Assembly: GCF_006345805.1 (NCBI RefSeq)
Contig: NC_043013.1
Coordinates: 48,608,001-48,672,000, forward strand
From: Octopus sinensis
Lineage: Eukaryota
DNA: 64,000 bases
Direction: 5' to 3'
Positions 25,290 to 38,902 of the stretch are shown piece after piece. Positions within the stretch are counted from its first letter, which is position 1. Each line of letters opens with the position of its first letter. Made by a program: the position numbers and the translations under genes. The notes under the pieces are model-generated. The model searched no databases. It was not told the DNA's origin and worked only from the letters and a program-made list of their open reading frames with translations.

Positions 25290-26862
25290 TAGTACTATAC
25301 ACCTCGTGAAAGCAACTCGAGGAAAAGAACAACTCAGCTGAAAGCGCTACTTATTGGCAACGTGAAGATGGAAAGTGTCCCAGCCGCCTTATCTTTAGCA
25401 GAAATCATAAAGTTATGAAAACTTCAGAACACAACCATGCAGGCGGTAGTGAAAAAGTGCATGTGCTCCAAGCAATAAGCAAAATCAAAGAAAAAAGCTC
25501 TTACAACATCAGAAATGCCTGCAGCAATAATTTCTGACGCGATTAGTGAGGTCCCAAAAGGTTCCCAACCGTTGCCTCCTACCAATGCTAACATCACTCC
25601 AAATATTCGGAAAGTAAGAAATAAACAGCTTCTCAAGCTTCCAACATCATTGGCTGATGTAGATGTTCAAGGCAGATTTCGGATAACCATGGGAGGAGAA
25701 AACTGGCTAGTACATGGTAGTGGAGAAGATGATCAAGAAAGAATTTTGATTTTTGCAGCACCATCATCCTTGCAAAAGCTAGGTTCATCAAAACACTGGT
25801 TTGGTGAGGGAATTTTTGAAACATGTCCCAACATCTTTTACCAAATATATACAATTCATGCCAAAATCCACAGTGAAATACATCCTCTTGTTTTTGTATT
25901 GCTACCAGGGAAGTCGGAAGAAATTTACGTTAAAATGTTGTATGCTCTTGTAGAATGGATGGAAGCTAACGGAATTGAAAAGGACATAACAGAGGTGAGC
26001 ATAGACTTTGAACTGGCAAATCGAAATGCATTTTTACATGTTTTTGGTGCCATTGCTGTGCATTTCCATTTCTTCCAATCGACTTGGAGAAAAATTTAGC
26101 AATTGGGACTTTATTATAATATGATAACAATGATATAAACTTTTCTTTATTATGTCGAAAAGTGAACGCTTTGGCCTTTCTGCATGTTGCTGTTGTACCA
26201 ATAGGACTGCTATGCTTGAAACAAAGTGCACCTGAAAAGGTATTGCTGTTTATTGAATGCATAGAAAATACTTTTGTAAATGGAATGCTGAGACAAAATG
26301 GAAGACAGTCAAAGCCATTATTTACAATACATAAATGGAATGTTTACGAGTTCACACTTTATAGTAAAGCACGTACAATTAGTTCTATTGAAGAATGGCA
26401 TAGGCGATTTAGGGTCTTAGATCACATTCAAATCTATATAATGTTATTGATGTTCTAAGAAGAGAAGAACAAATCATCAAAACAATGTTATCTCAACTTA
26501 GCGTAGGTGCAAGCCCCAAGAAGAAAATTACCAAAGCAACAAGAAGAGAGGAAAGAATATTACAAGTTGTTGCCAATTACCAGAATCGAGATCAATGGAA
26601 GATTACTTTCGTAGTATTGCACATGATTTGGGTTCTTTTTAAATTTCGTTTTCATTTTATTTTTATTGTAATAAATGTATATTCTATTTCAAGCATATAT
26701 TACACGTATAATCAAACAAGTTTCGTTATACCTAACGTAAGTGTCAGTTTACCAAAGTGTCATTATACCAAGGTGTCTTTAGACGAAAGTGTCTTTAGAT
26801 GAAAATACTTTTACACCAAAGTATCTTAGACTAAAGTGGTTTAGACCAAAGTGCCGTATCCC
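25290..26862 (+). mobile_element. Decayed FLYWCH-MULE (Mutator) transposon
   Basis: YWQ.EDGKCPSRL...EHNH; ERILIFA..LQKLGSSKHWFGEGIFETCPNIFYQIYTIH; PLVFVLLPGKSEEIY; IDFE; FHFFQSTWRKI*; RTISSIEEWH. The first catalytic D reads as E and there are stops. The 3' end has repeated (G)ACCAAAGTG motifs ending GTATCCC. Confidence 0.85.
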
Positions 26863-26868
26863 CGCCCC

Positions 26869-26931
<63 letters not shown>

Positions 26932-26932
<1 letters not shown>

Positions 26933-27870
26933 GGATGTGTGGTTCCGGGTTCAGTCCCACTGCGTGGCACCTTTGGCAGCTGCCTTCTACTATAGCCTCG
27001 AGCCGACTAAGGCTTTGTGAGTGGATCTGGCAAACGGAAACTGAAAGAAACCCGTCGTATATGTATGTATGTATCTATCTATGTCATGTCAAGTCACTTT
27101 CGAGTGCTACTGGTAACATGTAACCCAGTACAACCTGTTGCATGGAGGGTCGTCGGTGACTAAACCGGCAACCCCACCAAGCTTGCTTGGTGAGGAGGGG
27201 TGTTTATTGGACACCCTGCGGGATGAAAAACAAAACCCGTCAAAGGGCGACGGCACTCTTGAGAGTCAATGGCCATCCAATAAATGTCTTAAGGATGTAT
27301 CATGCGCGGGGACATAGAAATAGTCGGACTGAATACCCGATCGCGCGGTTAAACCATTGGAAGTGAAGGACTCCTAGCCTTAGTTAGGGCTTCCTTCTAG
27401 GGGAAGGTAACTCAGGTAACTGGGATAACTCCGACATAAAACCTGCGGCTCAGTGGTTACCGATGATGTTGACTTGTTCTTCCTTTCGGATTATGGCTGC
27501 TGTTGCTTAGTGAGTGGGATTGACTCAGTGCACAGCCTTTCCTCACTTTAAAAAAAAATCTTCTTGCACAGGCATTGCACGATAACAACATTGATTAAGC
27601 TTCGTGCAATGGCCACCATCTATATACGTATGTATACGTATATATCTATGCGTGTGTGTATCTGTGTTTGTCCTTCCACCACTTGACAACCGATGATAGT
27701 GTGTTTATGTCCCCGTAACTTAGTGGTTTGTCAAAAGAGATCGATAAAATAAGTACCAGGCTTTAAGAAAAAAAAAGTACTGGAATCGATACATTCGGCT
27801 AAAAATTATTCAAGGTGGTGTCTCAGCATGGCTGCAGTCAAATGGATGAAACAAATAAAGGATAAAAGAT
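26932..27870 (+). mobile_element. SINE family A split by a nested insertion
   Basis: 5' half at 26932-27062; 3' half at 27655-27870. Confidence 0.8.
27085..27620 (+). mobile_element. GC-rich insertion resembling an RTE LINE 5' UTR
   Basis: CTTCTAGGGGAAGGTAACTC...AAACCTGCGGC resembles RTE leader motifs (recall-based); no ORF. Confidence 0.4.
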
Positions 27871-27891
27871 ATATATATATATATATAATAT

Positions 27892-28000
<109 letters not shown>

Positions 28001-28006
28001 GTGTGT

Positions 28007-28073
<67 letters not shown>

Positions 28074-28865
28074 TGTGTGTAATATAACATCTGCTTGTCA
28101 GCATGTAATTTTGATTAGCCTAGGTCAGCAATTCTGTCATATTTACAGATGCTTCTTATTTCGAAGAGTTGAACATGCCTTCCTTTCCCGAAAGTTTGAG
28201 TGATAAAAGAGTAAAAATTATGAGGGGAAAAAAAAGTTTCTTATTTCGAACTCACATCTCTAGAATTGTATAGCAAATTACGAAAAATGCCACATAAAGG
28301 TTATTCTATAGAATCGCCATTTCGAAGTACGATTTTTAGTCTTGGATAAAGGAAAGCATTGAATTACTACATATAGATAACCTTTAGGAGAAGAAGACTA
28401 AAGTGTTTTCAGCCGTGTTTTCAGTTTTACACATCATTTACTTTTAACCTGGAGGGAAAAAGAACTCTATAATTGAGGCTGTTGAAATCGTCAAATAAAA
28501 TTACTGTTTGGTTTTTAACAAAGGTAAAAGGAAATGACAATTATTATTATTGAAGGAGGCAATTTTCTACAGAAACCTTTTCCTAATGTCCAATTAAACA
28601 GCTTAAATGATTTCGAAACCCGGCAATTTTATTTTATTTTGTTTTGTCAGAACCGTTGAAAATGTTTTTAACATAAAACGCTTTGTGAATTTACAATCTC
28701 TCTATAAACAGAATTTTGTTTATATAGCAACACTGTGCTATTGAACACTTAGTAATAACAAAATTGGACGTCCTAAGAATATTTGAGGCTCCTGGTAAAA
28801 CGTATCAGGGTCTCTAACTTCAGTCGGCCATAGTAAGCATTGCCGAGAAGTATTAATTATCCCAA

Positions 28866-29466
28866 GGCGGCGAACTGGCAGAAACGTTAGCACGCCGGGA
28901 GAAATGCTTAGCAGTATTTCGTCTGCCGTTACGTTCTGAGTTCAAATTACGCCGAGGTCGACTTTGCCTTTCATCCTTTCGGGGTCGATAAATTAAATAC
29001 CAGTTACGCACTGGGGTCGATATAATCGACTTAATCCATTTGTCTGTCCTTGTTTGTTCTCTCTTTGTTTAGCCCCTTATGGATAGTAAAGATATAGGTA
29101 TTTCGTCTGCCGCTACGTTCTGAGTTCAAATTCCACCGAGGTCGACTTTGCCTTTCATCCTTTCGGAGTCGATTAAATAAGTACCAGTTACGCACTGGGG
29201 TCGATGTAATCGACTTAATTCGTTTGTCTGTCCTTGTTTGTCCCCTCTATGTTTAGCTTCTTGTAGGTAGTAAAGAAATAGGTATTTCGTCTGCCGTTAC
29301 GTCTTGAGTTCAAATTCCACCGAGGTCGATTTTGCCTTTCATCCTTTCGGGGTCGATTAAATAAGTACCAGTTACGCACTGGGGTCGATATAATCGACTT
29401 AATCCGTTTGTCTGCCCTTGTTTGTCCCTTCTGTGTTTAGCCCCCTTGTGGGCAATAAAGAAATAG
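28866..29466 (+). mobile_element. SINE family C, tandem trimer
   Basis: One head and three bodies of about 184 bp starting at 28914, 29098 and 29282; TSD GTATTAA(T/A)TATCCC at 28850-28863 and 29467-29480. Confidence 0.9.
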
Positions 29467-29485
29467 GTATTAAATATCCCCACTT

Positions 29486-29783
29486 AAACGTGGATGTTCA
29501 GCCAAATCAAACTATTCTGCGGTAGATACCACGAAAAAAACTCTCATATTGGTTCATGGCGTAAAATGCACTCTTTTCTATATCGGTATCGGAGAGATAA
29601 ATCTCTACCACCTCTAGCGCCGAATCCACTAGATTACGTGATTTCGGCCTTCCTTGGTTTTATCAATGATGAACACTCGACCGCTAGAAATAGCAGCGAC
29701 TCATCTCCCCGCCAGCGATATATGAGAGTTTCTCTCATGATATCTACCACAGTATAATTTTTTCTAACCGAATATCTACGTCT
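29486..29783. mobile_element. Aged palindromic MITE-like element
   Basis: Arms 29486-29549 and 29720-29783 align as an inverted repeat, with mostly transition mismatches. Confidence 0.6.
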
Positions 29784-30186
29784 GAGTTAGGAGAAATATT
29801 ACCTCTCTGTATTAATACTGCATCTGTCGCTAATATACATAAGCATTGGCATTTTTAACTTGAAAATTGCAGCGTTTCATTGCAATAAATTATTATATAA
29901 TTGGTTGAAAATCTGTTTTTGAGGATGTTGCTTTCAATGCACAAGAAGTAAAGCAGATTCAACAACAATAATATGCGCCTTAATTTTAACTTCACAATTG
30001 ACTCCTGGATGTCTTTCGCACCTGCCTACTTTGTCCACACAATAAAACAGCTTTCACTATAAATCACAATCAACAGACTTATATATTAGGATAAATTAAA
30101 CGAAATAAACTGAACAACCGACTACATAAATACCATATGCAGTGTATTCTACTAATAAAATGCACTGCTTATGTATATATATATAT

Positions 30187-30350
30187 AGGCGCAGGAGTGG
30201 CTGTGTGGTAAGTAGCTTGTGGTTTTCCGGGTTTTCCGGGTTCAGTCCCACTGCGTGGCATCTTGGGCAAGTGTCTTCTGCTATAGCCCCGGGCCGACCA
30301 ATGCCTTGTGAGTGGATTTGGTAGACGGAAACTGAAAGAAGCCTGTCGTA

Positions 30351-30415
<65 letters not shown>

Positions 30416-30632
30416 ATATGTTTGTGTGTCTGTGTTTGTCCCCCTAGCATTGCTTGACAATCAATGCTGGTGTGTTTATGTCCCATTACTTAGCGGTTCG
30501 GCAAAATAGACCGATAGAATAAGTACTGGGCTTACAAAGAATAAGTCCCGGGGTCTATTTGCTCGACTAAAGGCGGTGCTCCAGCATGGCCGCAGTCAAA
30601 TGACTGAAACAAGTAAAAAGAGTAAAAAGAGA
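30187..30632 (+). mobile_element. SINE family A
   Basis: Full-length match. Confidence 0.9.
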
Positions 30633-33204
30633 GATATGCATTTTAGTTTGTAGAACTGAAAAACTGTGTCTGAAGAGTCTGACTGCTGTTTAGTCCCAGA
30701 TCAAGCTTAACGGAGTAAACATAAATTCAAAGGCGTTCCAGTCATGATCATCCCGTCTTTTTTTATAGTTGTTTAGTACTTCAATATTTAATTTGCAATA
30801 AAGTGCAATCGAAGGAGATATGGTTGCGATTTCAAGCAGATCAAGCAAACTAATAGAGCATCAGTCATTGACCCCTTTGTGTTCCTTGCGCAACTTTTCA
30901 ACTTCTAAAATTGTAAAACGTGAAACAGTGACTAAGTTAAGTAAATGCTAACATATTCAATATCGTGGACATTAGTCACTTAATTAGAATTAATTATGTA
31001 GTGAAGGAAGGACAATATCAGCTCAATGAGTAATGAGCAAGCACGGAAGACAACTCTGGGTAGATTTTGAACTTATTAGACCTCTTCAGCGAAGAATATA
31101 CTTCACTCTATTATCCGAAGCATTGAGAGAATCTTTAAGCAGATGTACGATCATAACATGAATAGAATTGAAAACTTGGGATACAGATCACCGAGGTTAA
31201 GTTTCTTATATAGAATATAAAATTCCGTTGTGTATGAAATGCTATGGACGTTGGAAACTATTATTCTCATGTTTCTGATTCCTACCAAAACACGCCAAGT
31301 CATTCACTGGAATTAGTCGTGAAACTATTTTATATTTTAACTATAATTACCATATTCTTCAAGTATATTTTCCATCAGACTTATCTTTAATATTACGACT
31401 ACACAAGCAAACAGAGCCTAACATTTACTGTAAAATCTTTGAATGACGAGAGAAAAATAAAGGTTTTTCACTAATATTGAGTGGCGTGATAACTGAAAAG
31501 AATGAGCGGGGAAATACCTAAGGACGTCTGCTGCATAAAAAACTAATAGCAAAGTTTTCGCTAAGATACCTGAGCCAAGATATTTAATTACAAGATATTT
31601 AAAATTACATCTAAAATAGTAAGCAAAAACATGATAATATAAATGAGTAATTATGGTCAAATGGTTTGTCTTTTATCTGAAAAATATTTTTTCATTAACA
31701 TACACACATGTGCAGAATAAAAAAGTATAAAATATTTTAAGTACACCTACGTTATTAAAGTTATATACATTTTTCTAGATTATATTCTTCTTGGTTTATA
31801 TTTTCTCTGATTACACAGTTAGTTACACAGTCTGAAAACTTTCTTCATTTGTATCTATTTTCAGTTGAATTGGTACATATTTTCTTTTTTGCTATGTCTG
31901 TGCCTTTATTCTCATGATTTGGTTTGCAATCAATGTACTTTAAAAGCTTCAAGTGGGAAACTGGCAGAATCGTTAGCGCACCGGGCAAAATGCTTTCCTC
32001 GCTCCTTTCTGTAATATAATTTCTCTCATATCAACACAAATATAATGCTGATTGTAGTAACATTTCTAATCATATCACTACGATTTTTAAGACCTTTAAA
32101 CATTTCCTTTGAACTTTCTAGATTTTTTCCCCTGAACGTCTATTTTGATTTATGTATGACTGCTAGTCTGTCTAAAACTATATACTCACGGCTTTATCTA
32201 CTTTGTATTTAGCTAAACTATTTAGACAACGTTAGGAGTTATTTTTGGAATGTAAGAACTAAAAATATAGACATTTCCATTGCACGTAAGAACTATCATT
32301 ATCGGGAATTAGATGGAAATTAACTTGTGAAGTAGACAAACAACTTTACTCTTTTCTTATAAGTCCTGTGTTGAAAAGTTATTATCTTAGTTTCTGAGTC
32401 AAGTTGAAACGACCAAGCGAGAAAAATCACTATGATGTTTAAACTACGAAGGAAAAGAAAAATACAACAAAAATTAAACAAAAAAAAAAAACGAAAACTA
32501 ATATCATTTAAAGAAAAATAAGATAAGGGAAACAACTCAAATCTGCCAATGGCATGGATTAAGTAGATTAAGATAAATCGAGTAAAAGTTGCTGTACAGA
32601 ATGACATACTTCACAAAAATCTTAATGAATTGAATTTTGTCTCATAGATGGGGAAAGAAAATAAGCATCTTGTGGCATCGTTAGCAACTCCCCCAAATTT
32701 TTTTAAAGAAGTTATTAAAAAAATATTCTCATTCTTAAGAGAACAGCTGTTCTTATTAGGAATGACGGATTTTTCTACATCAAGTTGTAATAAGAAACTA
32801 ATTTTAGGTTGCTATATTTTTTTTATGTATGTACCTGTAAATATTTTATTATATGTCCCTTAAAGAGCAACTACATATTGTATGAAATGTTTTCTTCGGT
32901 CAAATTTGCTAGCTTGTTTACATTTAATGATAAGAATGAATCGTAAACATGTGTAAAAAAAGCAAAACAAAACAGAAAACATGTTTATGGCGAACTCGAG
33001 TCCCCTTTTGTAGTCTTTTCCCATTTGACACTGAAGCTTAATTCTAACTACTCAATCAAACTGCAAAGCCCTGCGTCGTATTTAATGTACTATAATTACA
33101 ATGAAATTAATGAAAATAGACACTGCAAAAATGCTCCTTATCGTCAAATGGTTGAAAAACAAAGAAAAGATTCATTACAAATCAAACTCTAAAAGGCTTA
33201 TTCC

Positions 33205-33280
<76 letters not shown>

Positions 33281-33394
33281 GCGTATATATACTCACACAC
33301 GCACACAAATATATGTATGTATGACTTTTCTTAGAGTTTAATTTAAGTTCTTCTTGAGAGCGTTCCCGGTGTTCGTAAATACGTGGTCGAGTTT

Positions 33395-34560
33395 GTGTGT
33401 TGGTTCAATTGTCAATGCATACATCCAAGTATTCACATAAGAATTTTTGGAATGTCTTACATATCTTCGCTGTGCCACTAATAGATTGGATTTGGAGAAT
33501 CCGCATCAGTTTGTTTTGCTGTTTTTCTGTAAAATCGAATATTTCTATATTTTTGTATGAATTTGTTAGTACATAACTTAGTGTACCTATGATGAAAGGT
33601 ACAAATGAGAATTCATAGTCAGGGTACAAGAGCTGTAAGTTCTGCTTTAATTCGCCATAGATGTTCTCTTTTCCCTGGACTTTTGATTGTACATTCACAT
33701 CCGCTGGGCATCTGACCTCTACAACAGTGCATGGCTTTTGTTTCCTGTCCCACAGAACAATATCAGGTCTGTTATGCTTGTGCCGAATTGATGTTTTTAT
33801 TGGGGTATTCCACCAGTATTCATTGTTTTTAAAGATGTGAATACCTGCTGGTTCTGGCATGCATTTGATGTATATATCGGGTCAGTCCTTCCTGTGGATA
33901 GCATTGTAAATAATCTTCGCAACTGTATCATGCCTCAAGGACAGATAGTATCTCATAGACGTTTCAGAGCAGCTGCTGATGAAGTGAGGTGATTTCTTCC
34001 ACACTGGTACAGAAGAGCCGATTTATTTTATCACATGGAGGTTTGGTGGCACCACCTTTACGCCTCTTGTTTATCAGGTATTTAGTAGCTATCCTGTTCC
34101 TGGATGGCGAAGGCATATCCTTCTAGACGGGATGTTATATATCTATCACAGGTTCAGGAGAATCTACTCATCCTACCAATGTTGAAATTGCCCCCTAGCT
34201 TATGGGAATTTGTACCTATGCATTGCTTTCTGTTGGTATGATGCATGCTTCTCGAAGTTTCTGTTTAAGTAGGCCAATCCAGTCTCCTTTGGGTCGCATG
34301 AGACAATTGTATTTTCAGAGTACCTGCACAATATTTCTCTAACTCTGAAGATATTGTTGCTATCACTTTTGAGTAGGCATAGAATATACACGTTTCTTTC
34401 TTTACTGTTCAACAGGAGTTGTATAAGTGATATAATGCGATATTCAAAGGCTGTTTGAACGTACCTTATGTCTCTACTACCTTCACTTCGCCTCACATAA
34501 ATCATATCGGGCCACTGTTAATGTAGAAGTTGCCAGTGGTGGTCAGTACCCTTCTGGTTT
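33395..34560 (-). mobile_element. RLE-type LINE 3' remnant
   Basis: ORF 33405..33860 contains NRPDIVLWDRKQKPCTVVEVRCPADVN (PD-(D/E)xK). Upstream lie RHDTVAKIIY and MIYVRRSEG. Confidence 0.85.
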
Positions 34561-34574
34561 TGTGCAATATTGAT

Positions 34575-34790
34575 GGAATATTTTCCACATTACACAAATG
34601 ATGTAGCGCGTCCGGCGGCGTTGGAGGGAGAGTAGAAACTGAGTTTTTTTAGTCGACGCCAATAGTCAATGCCTCTCATGCCGTCTATCGTTCTTGTTAT
34701 TGACCTCTGGAGTGCTTCCACTTTCATAATGAGTTGCTTCGCATGGGGAGACCACAGTGGGCAATACTACTCAAGGTGGGGTCGGGCAAA
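34575..34790 (-). mobile_element. CR1/Jockey-group LINE RT C-terminal fragment
   Basis: Minus-strand KVEALQRSITRTIDGMRGIDYWRRLKKLSFYSLQRRR.RYII. Confidence 0.7.
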
Positions 34791-35283
34791 AGTAGAATAA
34801 AGAATGATGGTGTGGGTGCATGCATATAGATATTATTATTTCTAAGTCTCTCTAAAGGAGACTACGGCAGCGGTACTGGATATTAATAGTTATCGCCAAG
34901 CTAATATGGCAGTCCATAACTATAAGACTAAAACTGCCGTTGATTAGCTTCATTATAACCTTCGAACAGGGGAGGTCAGCCGCTTCCCCTTGCTGGTCAG
35001 GCATTTGCAGACATGTTTCAGGGTATTTGCCCTTTATCAATGCAGAGCAGCTGAACCCAGCAGGCGCGCTGCTGACCGTCTGTTCGAAGGATTATTTACC
35101 TAATTTCAGTGCAATACATCCACTAGTTTTCAAAAATAGAAATATTATTATTTCTAAGTCTCTCTAAAGGAGACTGCGACAGCGGTACTGGATATTAACA
35201 GTTATCGCCAAGATAATAGCATGAAACATATTTATGGACTGCCATATTAGCTTGGCGATAACTGTTAATGTATACATACATAC

Positions 35284-35373
<90 letters not shown>

Positions 35374-35399
35374 ACATAACAAAATAAAATTGGAAGGTC

Positions 35400-35795
<396 letters not shown>

Positions 35796-35810
35796 AGAAA
35801 AGGAAACGAT

Positions 35811-35984
35811 AAAGGAATAAACGACTATCTTATGAACTTCACTAGCTTATAGTTGTGTCTGCAGCTGAGTGCCCGAACAACACGTTGCAGCTTCACCAGA
35901 ACCATTCAACTAGGAATCCACTGCATCTTATAGCAGAGACAGTTGTAACCTAATGAAGTCCATGAGATAATCGTTTATTCCTTT
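35811..35984. mobile_element. Short palindromic MITE-like element
   Basis: 34-bp inverted ends AAAGGAATAAACGA(C/T)TATCT... with 4 mismatches, extending more weakly to about 50 bp. Confidence 0.65.
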
Positions 35985-36097
35985 GTGATCTCATTTTCAT
36001 ATTACCACTTTATACTCGACTAGCACTTCGTTCTGAAGCAAAACGCATATTGAGTTCTACACCAGTCATGCAATGCCTAAGCAATATATATATATAT

Positions 36098-36269
36098 AGG
36101 CGCAGGAGTGGCTGTGTGGTAAGTAGCTTGCTTACCAACCACATAGTTTCGGGTTCAGTCCCACTGCGTGGCACCTTGGGCAAGTGTCTTCTACTATAGC
36201 CTCGGGCCGACCAAAGCCTTGTGAGTGGATTTGGTAGATGGAAACTGAAAGAAGCCCATCGTATATATG

Positions 36270-36315
<46 letters not shown>

Positions 36316-36516
36316 GTGTGGTGTATGTTTGTGTGTCTGTGTTTGTCCCCCCACCATCGCTTGCGCCCCCGTAACTTAGCGGTTCGGCAAAAGAGACTGA
36401 TAGAATAACTACTGGGCTTACACAGAAAAGTCCTGGGGTTGATATGCTCGACTAAAGGCGGTGCTCCAGCATGGCCGCAGTGAAATGACTGAAACAAGTA
36501 AAAGAGAGAAAAAGAG
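36098..36516 (+). mobile_element. SINE family A
   Basis: Near full-length, with a short internal deletion. Confidence 0.9.
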
Positions 36517-36550
36517 ATATAAATAGATGTGTGTATTTTCCCTTCTTAAC

Positions 36551-36609
<59 letters not shown>

Positions 36610-37514
36610 TTTTTACATACGTTCTTATATACATCCTTTAATATCTTATATCTAGACCTAGAGGCGTGGCATATACGTGTGTGTATGTAGGGATGGGCAC
36701 GCGTATGTACAGTGAGTGTGTACGCGTATAGTGTCCGTGATACATGGATATTCTGTTGTATGTATGTATGTGTACGCACGTGCGTGCGGGTGCGTGTGTG
36801 TTATGTACATGTTTACACGCGAGTGCGTGTGTATGCTTATAGGCTTGGAGACGTATATGTACGCGTGTATGTGGGTGTACGTATCCATGATGATATGTAT
36901 GTACTAGAAGTCCATTTAATTCAAGGAACCAGATTAAATGCTCATCAGCTCTGATTTACAACACATTAGGTCCCCAGACGAAACTGTTGATTTACTGACT
37001 ATTCTACAACTAAATTTTATCAATCTCCTGACCACCATGCTTGGTCCTTAACCTCTATACATCCCTTATCTTTACATTCTTTTACACTTTTATCAAGTTT
37101 TTATCATGTTTTTTTACTTTTATTTCTATTTCTATTTTTACTTTATAACCTTATGCCTTTACATTTATTTATATTTCTTTATATTCCTTTATATTCTTTA
37201 TACCCCCTTTACATCTCCTTATAACTCTTTATATCTTTATGCTCTACATTTTTATATTTTTCTATACTTACACTTTTTATACATTTTTTATCCCTTGTCC
37301 CGAATTCTCGCCCCTCCATCTTCACCTCTATATATGTATTTATTTATTTACATTACCTCAACATCCAATTTTCCTCATTCTACATTGAGAGAAGAAAGAG
37401 ATGGACGCTTCAATTCTATGCTGCTGCCGCATTATGTCGTACGCGAATGAGAGGATTTGCATCCCCAACCAAGAATTTTTGATGTAACACATGTCCTTGT
37501 GGAAGCTGTTGTGC

Positions 37515-37591
37515 GCGGCTGAAGAAGGCCACAGACATACATTATGCATTGTTATAATCTGTCTAATAAAGGCCCGAAACATATGTACCGC
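37515..37591 (+). ncRNA. Type I hammerhead ribozyme-like motif with intact core
   Basis: GCGG-CTGAAGA-A-GGCC...GGCCC-GAAACATATGTA-CCGC: stem I 4 bp, extended stem II, palindromic stem III ACATATGT, GUA triplet. Confidence 0.7.
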
Positions 37592-37697
37592 TGAATCCTT
37601 CGCATCATGTTTTTATTTTATTTTGATCAATTTACTCCACCACTACACCACCAAACGGTATACACAGGTGCTTATAATTATCAAGTACTCACCCCGA

Positions 37698-37752
<55 letters not shown>

Positions 37753-38902
37753 CACAGATTCTCGGTGTGAAAAAGGTTATCACAAGCTGAATATTGTTAG
37801 GACAATGAGATAATGAGATTATGTTCATGATGTCGAAACAAAGGACACGTTGCTTAATATGCAGAACCATATCGGCTGAAGTGATAGAAATCCTTGCTTA
37901 AATCTGCCTCTCCACCGCCACATCATTCCTTGCTATGGTGGAATCGGTTGCAACTTAGCATCATAAATTAACAAGGTACATTAAGATGGAATTATCATGG
38001 CTGCCATAGAATCCATTTATTTCAGACAGAACACATTTATCTCAAATGTCCAATCGTAAAGGCATGTATGAATGATATATTAAGCACAGATTTACATCCA
38101 AACTGAGGGAGGTCATTCTTGTTTCGTATCTAATTCCACAGGCTTGAATTGTATTTTTCCTGACTTTGCTCTTTGCTGCTTTTGCGTAACAGCCCAAACA
38201 AAATGTATTTGTAAAGCCGATATCTCTGTTATATATTATCTTCCTTGAGCGTTGACCATACACTATTTTGATATTACATGATAACTATTTACTCTGTTTT
38301 CTGCCAAGTAAGAATTTATTTTCCTGATAACTACAAGTACACTATGTAATATTATTTATTAAATGAATATCTAAAATAAATATTTTGTTTTCCCAATTCA
38401 GTGGTGGTATCAGAGTTACTAAAAAACGCCATTTAAAAGAATAGAAAAAATGGAAATTTCCAAAAAATTGCTTGTTTTTCAGTTATATTTTATACCAAAG
38501 AGTGATGCTCGTATTCAAATATAACTATTTTCACAAATCTTTCAAATAATGTTTGCTAAATCAAATTACTTCACCAGGATAATTAAACTGTATTTGGAAT
38601 TTGTTTGTGGAATATATATTTGTTTATTTTTTATTCTTAATAATTTTCAGGAAGTTGCAAGGTGTAGAAATTTTCTTTCTCATTCTACTCCCTCGACATT
38701 ACCATTGCCAAAAATCAAGGATTTCGTTTTTGCTTGTATGTGTTATATATATATATATATATATATATATACGAGTGTATTTTTCCCTTGTTAACAATTA
38801 ACACGGAAAAAATAGATAGCAAAAAATCACACAAATAATCTTTGTTTTTAAAGGTAGAAACTTCGAGTTTATGTGTAATTTTTTGTATAATATATAAATA
38901 AA

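Noticed and set aside
25515-26099. Functional or domesticated MULE transposase
   Set aside because: The first catalytic Asp reads as Glu, the CxxH cysteine is missing, and stops and frameshifts flank the ORF.
27085-27280. HDV-like ribozyme in the RTE-like leader
   Set aside because: Only simple hairpins were found, with no nested double pseudoknot.
28866-29466. Regular 184-bp repeats as a CRISPR-like array
   Set aside because: There are no unique spacers; the units are whole SINE bodies in a eukaryotic context.
31000-31200. Possible host exon ending at GAG|GTTAAG
   Set aside because: All three plus-strand frames contain stops and there is no recognisable homology.
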